A stretch of 64,000 nucleotides of DNA. It comes from Monocercomonoides exilis PA203 (lineage: Eukaryota; Protista; Preaxostyla). The notes under the pieces were generated by a model. That model searched no databases. It was not told where the DNA came from and saw only the letters and a list, made by a program, of their open reading frames with translations. The DNA lies in assembly GCA_001643675.2 (NCBI GenBank), contig LSRY02000065.1:310001-374000 (forward strand), read 5' to 3'. Within the stretch, counting starts at the first letter, position 1, and each line of letters starts with the position of its first letter. This document shows, one piece after another, positions 63,648-64,000 of this stretch. The translations under genes were made by a program, and so were the position numbers.

Positions 63648-64000
63648 TTCTTCAGATTGGAGCACAACTGACATTGAGACTCTTCTCCTTCGCTCTTCTT
63701 TGATTGCTCCTTGCGAATCTGTCGACACTTGCTTTGATCTTGTTCCTATTCATGTCACTTCTTCTTCTTCTCTTTCTCCCTCTTCTTCTTCCTCTTCCTC
63801 TCTTCCTTCTTCTTCTTCTTCTTTATCTTCTTCTCTTCCTCCCTCTCCTCTTTCTTTCAGAACGAGTTCTTCTTCTCATCCAAATGAACAAAACGAAAGA
63901 AACAAGAACATCACATCTTCTCCTCTTTCTTTCTCTTCCACTGCTCAAATCTCTTCTTCTTCTTCTTCACCTTCTTCCTCCTCCTCTTCTTCTTCATCCT
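53983..64000 (+). CDS. CLEC16A: CLEC16A/TT9/gop-1-like FPL-domain protein with a huge Ser/Glu low-complexity extension; 3'-partial, exact start uncertain
   Basis: ILQSLSLIVQNFKHETSLLYILSGNRINDII..FDFGNHEMVSYYVSVLRALAFK and FP...LRFFSYPDNLIKTAVRTTLL match the FPL domain. Introns 54147-54233 and 54514-54579. The frame from 54580 had no stop in any part read up to the window end. Confidence 0.85.

Noticed and set aside
54896-63728. Dozens of short poly-Leu/Arg/Lys/Glu ORFs on both strands
   Set aside because: They are shadow frames of TCT/GAA repeats in the long CLEC16A-like exon.

Overview
Eukaryotic protist DNA: GT-AG spliceosomal introns, standard code and a flagellar gene. The gene families and Ser/Glu low-complexity style suggest an oxymonad such as Monocercomonoides (inference). 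1-6.7 kb is a giant single-pass receptor with a repeated ectodomain and a degenerate kinase-like tail. 7.5-43 kb is transposon-dense: (i) a ~2-kb palindrome centred on a MITE; (ii) two intact 3-exon genes of a multicopy helical-protein family; (iii) a non-autonomous hAT carrying a third, intron-containing copy of that family, inserted at a target overlapping that of a Merlin element; (iv) a decayed hAT transposase; (v) a 15,121-bp element (25498-40618) with 694-bp, ~99% identical terminal inverted repeats. That element sits in a reconstructable intron of a split host gene and carries receptor-pseudokinase fragments, a MITE and a dead Merlin transposase; it is the best candidate for an undescribed system. 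44-64 kb holds CFAP70 (8 exons, ~2598 aa) and a CLEC16A/TT9-like FPL-domain gene whose >9.4-kb exon runs off the window and is missing from the ORF track. All alignments were made by eye; no database searches were run.
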